Positions 20,385-32,373 of a DNA stretch of 64,000 nucleotides are shown one piece after another. The first letter of the stretch is position 1. The number at the start of each line of letters is the position of its first letter. This stretch comes from Microthyrium microscopicum (taxonomy: Eukaryota). A program made the translations under genes and the position numbers. Below the pieces are notes generated by a model. The model made no database searches, was not told the DNA's origin, and saw only the letters and a list, made by a program, of their open reading frames with translations. The stretch spans positions 62,001 to 126,000 of the forward strand of contig MU004239.1 in NCBI GenBank assembly GCA_010405405.1, written 5' to 3'.

Positions 20385-23274
20385 CCCTTTCCGTTCTGTA
20401 GTGTTTATGCACTGGTAGAGGCTTGATTTAGACTTAATAGACTAACTAAAATAGGTAATATTCTAAGCGATTAAAAGCTACAATTACTGTTAGGGCATTG
20501 GTCTTAGGGTCTTATAATTATTATAGCTAAAAACTAGTATCTAGATATAATTATTAGAGTAGAATTACTCGTGTTCTTCCCTTCCTGTCGTATAATAATA
20601 TTTTAGTATCTTATAGCCTAATCTTATGCCCTTCTAGAATGCTTGTCCCTAGTATTTAGTTAGTAAACGGTATCTTAAGATCGTATGCTTTAGGGACGTA
20701 CTATCTTTATGGTATTAAATAAAGTAAGGCTTATAAAGAGGCGAAATATTTTAACATTCTTTATAGTACTATGAAGTTATTCTTATCTTTATACGCGTAT
20801 TATCTAATTAATAATGTTTCTAGCGATAATAAGTATATTGCTTATAATTACTAGGAAGATGCGCTATTTTATAAAGCCCTAAGTGAAATCTTATAAGAGG
20901 GAGTTTAATACTACGAATGATATATTTTAAGCTATAACTATTACAAACTTTAGAGGTTTTATAATGTGATCCTGTTACCTATAGAAAGCACTACTTCTTA
21001 TATATTTTCTAATATGCTTTAAAGTATAAACTCTATGCTAGATATAATTGAAATCATTGTAAGGAAAGTACGTGATTTCTATTGTGCTTAGTCGCATTAG
21101 GGTACGCGCAAGTTTAGAGCTCTAGCGCTAAGAGGTACATATTAGTGATAGTAGCATTAATTAACTATAGAAAAAGTGGCATCTACGTTCTAATACCTAA
21201 AATTAATATTAGTAAAGAGCTAAGAATAAGACGAATTAAATAGTAGTACTTTTAAGTTAATTAGACTTAAAACTAAAAAGTTATACTATTAATCTAAAAA
21301 AGTAAGAAATTTCTTACCCCTATAGTAAACTATGTAGTAGGATCGCTATTAGTTAATGATATTAACACTACCTATAAACTAGTTATACTTAATAGCTACC
21401 TTAGGCTAGAGATATTAAATTACTACGTAATTACTCTAGATTTGATTTACCTAACGTCTATTATATGCTAATTATATATTTAGCCTCCTTCTAGAAGCAT
21501 AAAGCATCTTAGAAGATATATAATAGGTTATTAGGAATCTTATAAGAATACGATCGCGCTAGAAGATACTAAGTACTCTATAGACGCTTTTAGCATCTAT
21601 TCTACCCTATAGCTAATTATTAGATTCCTTTGATTCTAAGGTATATTAATAAGAATAATCTTTAGATCTTGCTTAAGTTATACTAGAGCATTTAAAGCTA
21701 TAATCCCTTAGGATCTAAAGAAGACGTATATTATTAAAGAAGTTATCTATGAAGATTAGGAAGCGTTTAAGCATAAATAGTAAAGTAAGCACTATTATAA
21801 GAACTGCCTAAGATATTGTATTTATATTACTCTAAAAGCTTAAAGTACCTAAAGGAGGACTCTAAGAATAGGCATAGGTAGGTATATCTTCATTACTATC
21901 TAATAATGTAAAACTACTAGGAATTGTATAAAGATAATCCTATAGGTAGCCTGAGAAGTAAGTAGCAAGCACTTTAAAGCCTTTAGGAATTAGTTTCTCT
22001 TTAATACGGATCTTAGCGTTAGTTCTACTAGTAAACTTTATTATTATCTTATTAATTAAGACGTAGTTCATAAAAATTATGGTATCTTTGAAGCGCTAAG
22101 CAAGTGTTAAAGATAAAGGATCTAGCTTCTTAAATAGTGCTTCTCTTCTTTATATGGAGGTCTCTAGCACTTTTGTCTTATTAAGAGCTTTTAAATAGAT
22201 ATTCTTTTTAATAATCTATTAGCGAGTACGCGTTATAAACGTTGAGATATTATTTAATGGTATAGTACTATTAGAGCTCTAGAGATCTACTACTTCTTAT
22301 ACTAAGTAGGCCCTAAGATAGATAAGGATACTAAGGAATATCTAGATTTCCTTAGCTAAAATAGGCTTGATTGAATCTAGATCTTTGCTTATAGCAAGAA
22401 AGTTGGATTATAGATATAGATTAGTATTAATAGCAATTAAATTAAAGTCTTAGTCTTTCTATAGTATATTAAAAAAGATTAGCGGTATATCATAGTAAGC
22501 ATAAAGGGCATCTAAATTTAGTATTTTATAGCCTTTAAGCAAGGGAGCTAGATCTACTAATCTTTAAGGTAATTGGTATAAAATTTAATATTATAATAAT
22601 AGTAGTTTACTATAGAAATTATCTAGTAGCTTCGTAATAAATTTGCAATATTCTAGACGTTGTAGAGCATTAAAATCTACCTCTAGTTAACCTTCTACAA
22701 CTATTCTATGCCTAGATCTAAAGATATAGATTATATCTCTGTCTATAGGATTAAGATATGAGCCTAAGTTAAAATTAGGTAGAGGAACTTTAGGGTATAA
22801 TAGTATTATTAATCCTATAAGATCTAGTAATAAAAGTATATTATAGTTAATACTAGAAGAAAGAGCTTTAAAAAGAACTTCTCTATTTTCTTCCTTAATA
22901 TTTATTCATAGAACTATAGATAGAAACGTATTAGTATAGTTTAGCATCTTAGTTAGTAGACTAACGCTAAAGGATAAGATTAAGCTAATTTTAAAGGGAT
23001 AGTAGGCATCTAGATTAGAAGATTAATAAAATTAGTTACTATAGCATTGTTTTACTAATTTTAGACTAATTAACTCTAAAATTTTATAAGTTATTCTATT
23101 AAATTATAGCTTACTAACGCATATATTTTTAATATAGGCGGACGTTAGATGAATATTGGGGGGGATAGAAGATTGGTGGTCTGTTCGTATATTTTGGGTT
23201 TAACGTTAGTCCTAAAAGGGTTATCACTCGTCGGTTGTGGCGGGTGTTGATAATTTAGCATAGAACGGAAAGGG
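20385..23274 (-). mobile_element. RIP-inactivated piggyBac-like DNA transposon, about 2.9 kb
   Basis: TIRs CCCTTTCCGTTCT(G/A)T. Minus-strand relic motifs INKIIIKFTSRTNAKIRIKEKLIPKGFKV (approx. 22055-21965; DEMM.KF.GR...KPIPEGFK after RIP reversal), FIDNFFN (approx. 21745) and YN*FIGSVNIIN (approx. 21365; YN..MGGVD..DQ) give the three piggyBac aspartate motifs. Confidence 0.88.
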
Positions 23275-24888
23275 ATGGAAAGCTGGAGTAGTAGTAATAA
23301 TAATGTACGGAATCGTCTCCGTAGCATGCGGCAGTTGACACGGAAGCAATATAAAATGCGAAGATCTCGCAGTGAAGATCACCGCAAAGAAGGGTCCAGC
23401 GGTACAGATGATTCCTGGTAATAATAGATGCAGAAATAGCAAGATTCAAGTCAATCAATTTCCATCATAAGTTCGGGCCTTGGCAGGATTATGGTAACAT
23501 CCAAGGCACAGGGAGATTATCGCGAAAAGTAGACGGGATGGGCCATGCTAGATCAGATCCAACAAGATGGGTCAGCCGTCACGGGCATGACAGGCCATGA
23601 CACAGCTCCCATGGAACAAAGAACAGAAAATGAGAGTTTACATCTCAGAGCAGACTAATGATTAGATAGTCAAATACCAAGAAGATCAAGAAGTATTATG
23701 TGATGAGGCTTTGTTATTTCAATATGTAAGCTAGGCTAGTAGGTAGAAGAGAGGCCAAGAATTGGCAGGGACGATCTGTATCAAGCATCCGCACGCGGCT
23801 GCGGTATACGGGCGATTGGCGGACAAGTTACAACAAGAATTACAATTTACCAGCGGGCACTGGGCACTGGGCACTGGGCAGGTACAAAGCACTGTATCAA
23901 GGACGGCAAGAACGGCGTTTCGCCCGCGCCTTCCTCTCCAAAACCAATGATGATTATGCATTAGCAATTCAGCATCAAGTCAAGCAAATCCATCAATGAT
24001 CAAGCAGGCGCTGCTTCCTCGGAACAAATTGTAAATTACTACTCATGGTAATAATAGTTCTTCAGCCCTCGTCATGTGTGTTCCTTCCAGCAAGACCAAA
24101 TTACCAATAGCACTTGCTTACTTTGCTCCCACGCCTGTTGGTCGCGCCTGTCAAATTTGATGCACGCAGCCACCTGCCACTGCCTACTTTCCATTGCCCC
24201 CACCACATCAAATGCCCGCAGGCCCGCTGCTCTCTCTCTGCACATGCATCAAAACCCGCCCACACCACACCATCAACTTGCTCTTGATTCCCAGTTTCCC
24301 ACACCATAACAACTTCCATCCTACTCCCATTCTGGTCCTCCTCACCCACTTCCCCCGACGCTTTTATCCCCCTTCGCGGGCGGCCACTGATCTATTCAAC
24401 CCAACCTTCGCAAACCTTCGCAACATAGCCACCGCTCTGTTGTGCTGAGTCTTACTCATTCACCACCCTACTGTACCCGGACCCAGCGCTCAATTCCGCT
24501 TTCCTCACCACCAGTTAGCCCACCGCTTTTTGTCACTGGCAAGCTCGTTTCACCAGCTTTTCTCCCGTACCAAACCTCGGAGACTCTTTCAAACGCCTTC
24601 ACAGTAACTGAAGCCATGGATTCATAACACAAATATTGTCGGCCTGCTCGAAGCCATCCATTCACAACAATTGTTGTTTGCAGAACGCAAATCTCACTGT
24701 TCATAATTACCTTACTTCTATCAAAATCTTATACATCTCTCGGTCTTCTACAATCTCGCCACCTTCGCATTACCAACTGCTTTGTGCGCCGGCACGCACA
24801 CATTACTCCTTCGATCAGCTCTTGGCTCAGATCTACATCCTCTTTCCCTACATAATCACTTACTCGAAGAACTTTACCTTATCTCACC

Positions 24889-27108
24889 ATGGTTCAGCAG
24901 AATGGGAGAATATCCTTCGTATCCCCGCCTGACACGCGGACGATACAAAATCAACCGACGTCTACAGCCGAATCGGAAGAAGCTGGAGAGGCCGACGAAC
25001 CACCAGACCCTCAAATCCATGGATCAGCATCCACCGATTCCATGGCATCAACAAAATCCGAATTTCAGAAATCAGTCTACTCTACTCGTAAACCAACGTC
25101 CCTTCTAAGCCGAATACTCCATACTTCGGAAAGCGATTCGCACGTAGACGAAGACGACTATGCTTTCTACGAGCCCAATCGGACTACTTCCAGTGCTTCT
25201 ACTTATAGTAGAAGTAGCGCAGTCTCGGTCAATGAGCTGACCAGTGATGCTGGACATACAAGCGCACATACAAGCAATCCGGGTTCACCCACCTCCGCCA
25301 AAATAACTGGTATTCCTCCAGTCTTCAAGCAAAATTCATTCTTCACTCCAGCCACCATTCGTGCCGCCCCAACTGAATCTATTGCACCAATTCAGGCAGC
25401 TCCTGTGGAAGATGTTGAGCGCAAAGTGGAAGCAGGTCTTGGACGAAAGCGGTGTATCATGTTCGCTTGTGGCGCGAAATCCACAACGGAAGACAAGAGC
25501 GCATCAGAAAAGATGGTTGCAGAGGTGCAAAAGGCAGTGCCGCCACCCGCTCAACGCAAGTGCAGCCTGAAATTTGTCTGCCCTTTACCAGCTAAAGTGC
25601 AAACCAACGACTCCAAAAAGGGTTCCGTGAGGCTATCCAGCCCACCACCTCCTGCTAGACGTATTCAAGCTGTAAAGGTTCATCGTGGATCAGATTCCAC
25701 TGTCCGCACTGTTTCACCAAAAACAGTTCGCAAAATTGCTTCAGCAACTTTACGACCCCGGCGTGATAGTCAAGCTTCTGACATGTCGCGCTCCGAGGCA
25801 ACTCGATTTCATGAGTTCGCTAGTTCCGAAGAAGAAATTGATGACTGGACCAAGGAAGTCTCTTGCTTTCAACGCCGCCTAACCATTGATGACACCCTAG
25901 CCATGGAGAACAAGCTACGAAAAATTGGTCGTGAGGTTGAGGAAGAAGAGGCCGAAGAAGACGAGGAAGATGCTGAAGCAGCTGCAGTTGAGGATGATGA
26001 CGATGAAGAAGAAGAAGAGGACGAGGAAGAAGATGAGGAGGATGAAGACGTTGACCAATCTGTTCATTCTGGCTACATCTCCGACGAAGGTTTCCAAACA
26101 GATGATGAGCATGGATTCGCGCATTCGGATGATAGTGATGGAGGGTCGGATTACGACTGGTGGGCTCCTGGACGGTCAGCAGCTCGTGGCACCATTGAAC
26201 ATATTCGCCCTCCTCGACCTCGTCGTGGCTCCGACTCTACCATTGAATCTGTTCAAGAAGATGGAGCCATTCCCATCTCCCCGCATGTCCGCCGAAAAGC
26301 GTGTCGGAAATCCAATCGCCCAACCAATCCTCTGGAGCTACCTGACAGCACCGATTTCGTTTGTGGAACCCTCGACGAAGACAAGCCTCTGGAGCAAGCC
26401 TACATGAACCACCTCGAGAAACGTCGTGCCGCCAAACATAGAGCTGTACCCCAGGACATTGACCCAACGTTTCCAGCATCAGATCCTGAAATTGATGAAG
26501 AAGAAGACGAAGTGTCTGATCATGCCCCAACTGAAAGCGATCACCCGATCTTTGCTCATGGCTCCATGGACCTTGGGCCATCGCACCTGGTTGACGCAGA
26601 GCCTCGATCTTCAATTCCAAGAAAGCGTTCTCCAATACCATCACCACGACGTCTTCGCTCGCCTCCCCCAGCAAAGCGTATCAACCTTCACCGCTCGCCT
26701 CCACCAGTTCGGCGAGCTCGCTCTCCCGCTCCACAGCAAATTTATGGTCGCCAACGTCTCTCTAGTTCTGTTCCCCGTCGCCGATCTCAAGTTGCTATCC
26801 GTCAGGAGCTTGAAGATCAGGCTAATGGCGATGATGACAGCGAGAACACTCCTCGATTCAGTCGTCGAGCTGTTGATATTGTTATGGGCCTCGAGAAGAA
26901 GCGCCAGAGGCGCCACGAGAAGAACTTTGAGCGCTACCATCGCAAGACAGGCAAAGCGACTAAAAGCAAAGATAAGAAACACATCGCTCCTGGTAAGGGT
27001 GCAGAACGTATGCGCGACTTGGGTATCGGACTAAACGAGTATCGTGGTCGCAAAACCTCGCTCAATCCACAACACCCTGAAGAAGAGGTGCACATGCTTT
27101 CTTATTGA
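24889..27108 (+). CDS. Conserved fungal protein, probably DUF2457 family (acidic tract, Pro/Arg-rich)
   Basis: Intronless 739-aa ORF with RFHEFASS..DDW, DFVCGTLDED.PLE.AY, PQDIDPTFP.SDPE and PGKGAERMR blocks. The family assignment is from recall. Confidence 0.8.
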   Translation: MVQQNGRISFVSPPDTRTIQNQPTSTAESEEAGEADEPPDPQIHGSASTDSMASTKSEFQKSVYSTRKPTSLLSRILHTSESDSHVDEDDYAFYEPNRTTSSASTYSRSSAVSVNELTSDAGHTSAHTSNPGSPTSAKITGIPPVFKQNSFFTPATIRAAPTESIAPIQAAPVEDVERKVEAGLGRKRCIMFACGAKSTTEDKSASEKMVAEVQKAVPPPAQRKCSLKFVCPLPAKVQTNDSKKGSVRLSSPPPPARRIQAVKVHRGSDSTVRTVSPKTVRKIASATLRPRRDSQASDMSRSEATRFHEFASSEEEIDDWTKEVSCFQRRLTIDDTLAMENKLRKIGREVEEEEAEEDEEDAEAAAVEDDDDEEEEEDEEEDEEDEDVDQSVHSGYISDEGFQTDDEHGFAHSDDSDGGSDYDWWAPGRSAARGTIEHIRPPRPRRGSDSTIESVQEDGAIPISPHVRRKACRKSNRPTNPLELPDSTDFVCGTLDEDKPLEQAYMNHLEKRRAAKHRAVPQDIDPTFPASDPEIDEEEDEVSDHAPTESDHPIFAHGSMDLGPSHLVDAEPRSSIPRKRSPIPSPRRLRSPPPAKRINLHRSPPPVRRARSPAPQQIYGRQRLSSSVPRRRSQVAIRQELEDQANGDDDSENTPRFSRRAVDIVMGLEKKRQRRHEKNFERYHRKTGKATKSKDKKHIAPGKGAERMRDLGIGLNEYRGRKTSLNPQHPEEEVHMLSY

Positions 27109-27873
27109 ACCTGGCACTTTCATTCCCGTCAGACCAAACACTTTAACATTGAGCATTTTCATTCCTGGTCAAATTTGTAAGACTCGGTATTCATACATCA
27201 GCGATGGCGTTCTGCATTATTGTTGCTTTCTTTCTTTTGTGTTCTGTACATAGAAATACCCCCTTGTGTTTTTTTCATGCTCTCGTTGCATATTTTCATG
27301 TGTTCTCTAGTATCTTGTGTATATTCACCTTCAATTTTCAATACATTATGATCATCAACACCTCCTCTTTGGCAATCAAAGTGACCATGCGCCGAGTGGA
27401 TTCAATATTCGGACGACAAAATTGTGCCAATTTCTCGAGCCGGCATCGCTTGTAGCTTCCTAATTTGAATAGACTCGGCTCGTGGGATTGCGGGCCAGGC
27501 AAGCGGCGGGCGGGCGGTAGTGGCGAACCACGTTTCTGACATTTCTAAGATGACGTCACTACAGCATTTTTACTTCTAAATGGGCGATTGAGTTTTTTAA
27601 AGGTGGAGTCGATGACTTGATTTGAAATTTTTGAACTTGAATGGGCAGTGGGGTAAATGATAACAAGGAATGGAATGGGAAAGGACAGCGAGGAATGATT
27701 TGTAACTTTCATGACAAAGATGATACCACCATATTCTGGAGGCTATTGTAAAGGAGTATCAACTTGACAAGAGAAACGGTACGGGAAAGTTCATGTTAGA
27801 AAAGCAGCCATCTTCATTAATATCCCAAACGCCAAATCTAGGGTATCTACTCTATTATTCAAGAAACGTATAT

Positions 27874-30478
27874 CTATGTTGTAGCTCCAAGTTCTTCCAA
27901 ATACGATTCTTTCCACTCTTCGAAAAGGAGAGCGCTTTTGACAGCCGCATCAACATCGAGATGGAAAAACGGCCTGTTCACCCCATAAAGATTGTTGCGA
28001 ACAGAAGTGTTCTTTCCCTGCACATGCTCAAGCTGCTCAACATTTGAGATTCCGTCCTTCTGTTCGTTAACTTGCATACTTTCAATCATTTCTATATCCG
28101 TCTTATCATTCGAATGTTTGACCGTATCGTTAACTTCACCGCCCAGTGCTGAGTCCGCTACACTGAAGACGGATTTCCACTCTTTCGGAAGTCTTTCGTC
28201 TCCATTAAATGTTGGGTAACCGAATTTGGCCGATATCAACGCTCGCTTGATCCAGCGACTTTGGATGCATGCGAAGTGCCACTGGACACTTGTTGGCGCT
28301 GCGTGTCGATCAAGCACTTGTCTTATATCGATGAGATTTTGTAATGATGTCAAATCGATTCGACTGACGCTCGAAAAGTCCAGAATGACAGCTTTTAGCG
28401 TAGGCTCAAATTCACGATCTGGCTCTTCCGTCATTTTATTCGATACCATATTCCATGGTATGTCGCCCTTTTTCTCGTACTTCTTTGACTGTGTTGTTCG
28501 AGTATATTCGGTTATCCCATTTGCCATATTTTCAAGTTGATTACCCGCGTTGGCGTAGTTAAAGCCATCAGTGAAGCGGTATATGAAGATGCCTGGGTAA
28601 GGCCTTTCTAGGTCAACTCTTGGATTGGAACCGTCGCGTCGATCGAGTGGTAGGTAGACTGTTTTGCCGCTTCCAGCGTCTGAGATTTTGCTGGAATCGA
28701 AGGTCTCAGGCTCTTTGCCATTACCACCTGGGACGTATTGGATTTTAATGCTTCCGAGAAATTTTCCGTGGGCGTTGAAGATTCCGGAGATGAGAACAAT
28801 GATGGAGAGGGCAATTGTGGCGAAGATACCTTCCTGGATTCCGACGAAGATGGTGACGAAAATACCGGTGAAGAAGACGAGGAAGTCTAGTGGGCTGATT
28901 CTCCAGAATTGATATACTTGAGATGGCGGTGTGATCACTGCAAATTGTCAGCTTCAATACACGGAGCTATTTGAAGTCTACTTACTGTCTCCAATGGCAT
29001 GGATAATAACCGACGATAGAACCGATTTTGGTACGAAGAAGAAGACTGGTGTTAAAGTGTAAATGGCCACCAATACAACGATAGCTGTGATTATTCCAGC
29101 TAGTGGCGTTCGAGCACCAGCCTTGGAATTGATAGCCGTAGAAGAAAACGATCCTGTTGCACCAAAGGCACCTACCATTGGACCTAGAATATTGGTCGCG
29201 CCGATAGCAGTCAGCTCGCTAGAAGGATTGATAGTATAGTTGTTGATTCTGCCAAACGATTTTGCAATCGAAATATGTTCAATCAGGAGCACGATGATTG
29301 CAGATGGAAGATTTCCAGCTACTGCACTCATTACCTTGCTGTTCAGTGGTGGGAGCGCCGGTTTATGAAGTCCTACTTCAGTCAATTTTGTTGCTCGTTT
29401 TTCACCTCGAGCACAAGGTTGGCTTACCTGCTGGTATAAAGCCAATTAGATGAAAACTAGGCTTATCTTTGTGCGTGCGATTGACCAGGAAAGATATGAG
29501 CGTGTAGAATAGGATGACAAAAACCGTCCTCAAGCTGGAAATGAAAAAGAAGACTTTTCCTTTCGACACAAAACGGGCTGATGCCCATCCACAGAACCAC
29601 TTGACAAGATAGAGCATGGCTAGAGCCGACACCCCAACAGCAGCGTCCATCTGCATATGCCCAAGGTTTTTGAAAATATCAATGACAATCTTGTAAGTGA
29701 CGTCTCTGGAGGAAACTTTGTCCAGTCCAAGCATGACGGGAATTTGACCAACTGACACTGCAATTGCTGAGCCTGTAATGAACGATGCCACTGCGGGCAT
29801 CGATATCAGGTCCACGAGCCAGCCTAATCGAAGCAAACCCATACCAATGATTATGATACCACAGATCAAGGTTAAGCTAGCAGCTATCTCAGCTGGGAGA
29901 AGATTTGGTAGTTTGGTTCCAGCATCTGCAACAATTGTTCCCATCACGGTTGATGCTACAGCAACTGGTCCTATATTGATATCCTTTGACGTTCCAAACA
30001 TCCAATAGATAAGTGAGCCAACGAAAGAACTGTAGAGGCCATATTCCACGGGAATTTGTGCTAATTTTGCATATGCCATTGACTTGAACCAATTAGCATA
30101 ATCTAGATAACTTGCAGTGACAGCTTACCTTTGGCACGAGCACAGCTCCTACAGTCACTCCTAAACGATCCGTTAACACATTCTATTCTAGAACTCTATT
30201 GGCCACATACCCGCGATCAAGTCGCCAATGAACCATGTTAGATTGTAGCTCAAAATCCACTGCGTAAATGGAAAGGTATCCGCCACATATTTTAAGACTC
30301 CTGGACCCGTTGGAGCTGTCGCTCGCAGCCATTCCCTGACTGTCGGCTCCTGATCCACGTACCCGTCGGGAAGGGCCGCAGTAAAAACAGCATCCTGTGC
30401 AGTGTTCTCTGCCTTTTGCTTCCGATGATGGCCAATGAAAGGCACCTTGTTTATGAAAGGAGGCCGTTCAGAGTCCAT
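27874..30478 (-). CDS. Sulfate permease (SulP/SLC26 family) with STAS domain, 5 exons
   Basis: GDLIAG/GVTVGAVLVP/SMAYAKLA, YGLYSSFVG, FGTSKDINIGP, EHISIAKSFGRINNY, GARTPLAG and STAS-type VILDFSSVSRID. GT-AG introns at approx. 30210-30161, 30128-30083, 29428-29373 and 28986-28938. Confidence 0.95.
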
Positions 30479-32373
30479 GGTGAGAGACACTGGAGGGTGA
30501 AGCCAAAAACTCGAGAGCTTCGAAAGACCAATGAGAGTCCAGGAACCGAGCACGTTGTTGGATTTGGAGACCAGATTGGCTTTGCTGATTGCTTTGGCAT
30601 TGATTTATGTATACTCTGTCGACTGGGGAGCCTACGTATGTACGGGTCTGTGCAAATAGAACGACGGGGTTCGACTAATGAATCTACCACGGAGCTCCAT
30701 GACTTTACTCATGGGACTTGATATTGGCTCTCTGTTTACCGTGGGACACTTCAAAGCCCAATAGCCATGGCTTGAGGATTCTGAAAATGATTGACTCTAC
30801 TAAATCGCTCTACGTGAGGTCAGCTTTGGAAGCATTAACATCAAGTCCTTTAGCGGATTCAAACTTGCTCTTAGCAAGGCTCTACACAAACACAAGAAGT
30901 GGAAACCTCCAATTGCTGATTTGATAGTGGGAGAAACGGGGGCTGAATGCTTATCAGAAACAAGCTTTGATACGAGATCTAACCGTCCGCAATTAATCAA
31001 TCTTGTTCCCATGAGGGCATATCACTTTATGCTTAAAATCTTTAACCTTGTACGGTCTAGTGCTCCATGGGCCCTGATTGATAATGATCTTAATCAAATC
31101 TAATAAAGCGCAGGAGCAGCAAAGCTGAGATTGCGTGATTGTGAACAGGAAGGTAAGAAGAAGGGTGAAAGATGAAATCTGGGATGAAGGACAAACCAAT
31201 CGAAATATAAGCTAAGAATTGTTATTCTGAGGATGTGCTGTGAGCGATGAATTACCTTGTGTCTGATCAAAGCCAAGGCGGCTAAATTATAGATAAGGTT
31301 TCCCTAACTTTCATCCTCAAAACCGTGGATATTCTTGGAAAGGGAATATGGGAATACAGAAGGGTCTTGATTCCGTTTATGAGCTTACTTACTGGTCACA
31401 GTTGTATGGAGGAGCCATTGAAATCACAGTGATCAATCCGCATAGGTACTAGCGACTACTTGCGCGATTTCATTGAATTACCAAACAAGTCATTCAGAGG
31501 AAGCTAATAGGTTACTGGGGGCACGTTTAATATGGTACCTAATGTTTCCTGGCGATAATATGAACTTGGCCCCTCGTAGAGTCGAATTCTATATTTACCC
31601 ACCCAAAATATTTGCTACAGTAAGTTATAGAGACGATACACGAGAGAGGAGAAACAAATACAATGGGTAAGAAAGTAGGAAGATCTCGAAACATCAACGA
31701 TTGCAGAGTTACAACAGAGTTTTACGATTGTTTCCAACACAACTATAAAAAAAATGAGAACATCATCTTGTGATTCCCAATTGTTCTCATATTTCGCTTG
31801 TGTCTTCACAAAAGAATGTACCGCTTTCATTCCCAGAAAACACCGCCTCATGATTTACAGTCACTGGACATTTGCATCGTTCTTAGTTCAAAAGGTGGGT
31901 TTGTATGAATGCTCATACCAAAGGTTTGATTAGCTCCGGTAAGAGAAAAGGAAACTTATGTACCTATGCGAAGGGAGCGATGCTTCATCAAAATCGCACA
32001 TAGCGGAAAGGTCGGTGCGTTCTTGCTCAGTTTCTATTCCAGTATTCGTTTCGAAGAAGATAATGTATATATCTCCAAATCGGCAAATTTTGAATATCAA
32101 CAGGATATCCTGCTGCGAAATAGTGGTATGCATGGAAAGTGACGAAGAGAATCCATCCGATCACGGCCAACGTCCGGCTTACTATGACGAGTGATATGGC
32201 TGGGAACCCTCACGACTTGAATTGCCATCTCCATGACCAGATCCAATTCTCATGTCTGTAGTTTGACATATCATTAAGAACCCAGAAGGCTTTCCAGAAG
32301 ACAATTAGGTATTGAGAAAATGCGCACAGTGTCATTAATTGAAAACGACCAAGTGCATAAAATCCACATTGAT

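Noticed and set aside
20373..23286. 9-bp TSD (AAAGGCTGA / GAAAGCTGG) implying a Mutator element
   Set aside because: Only 6 of 9 bases match, and the internal motifs are clearly piggyBac-type.
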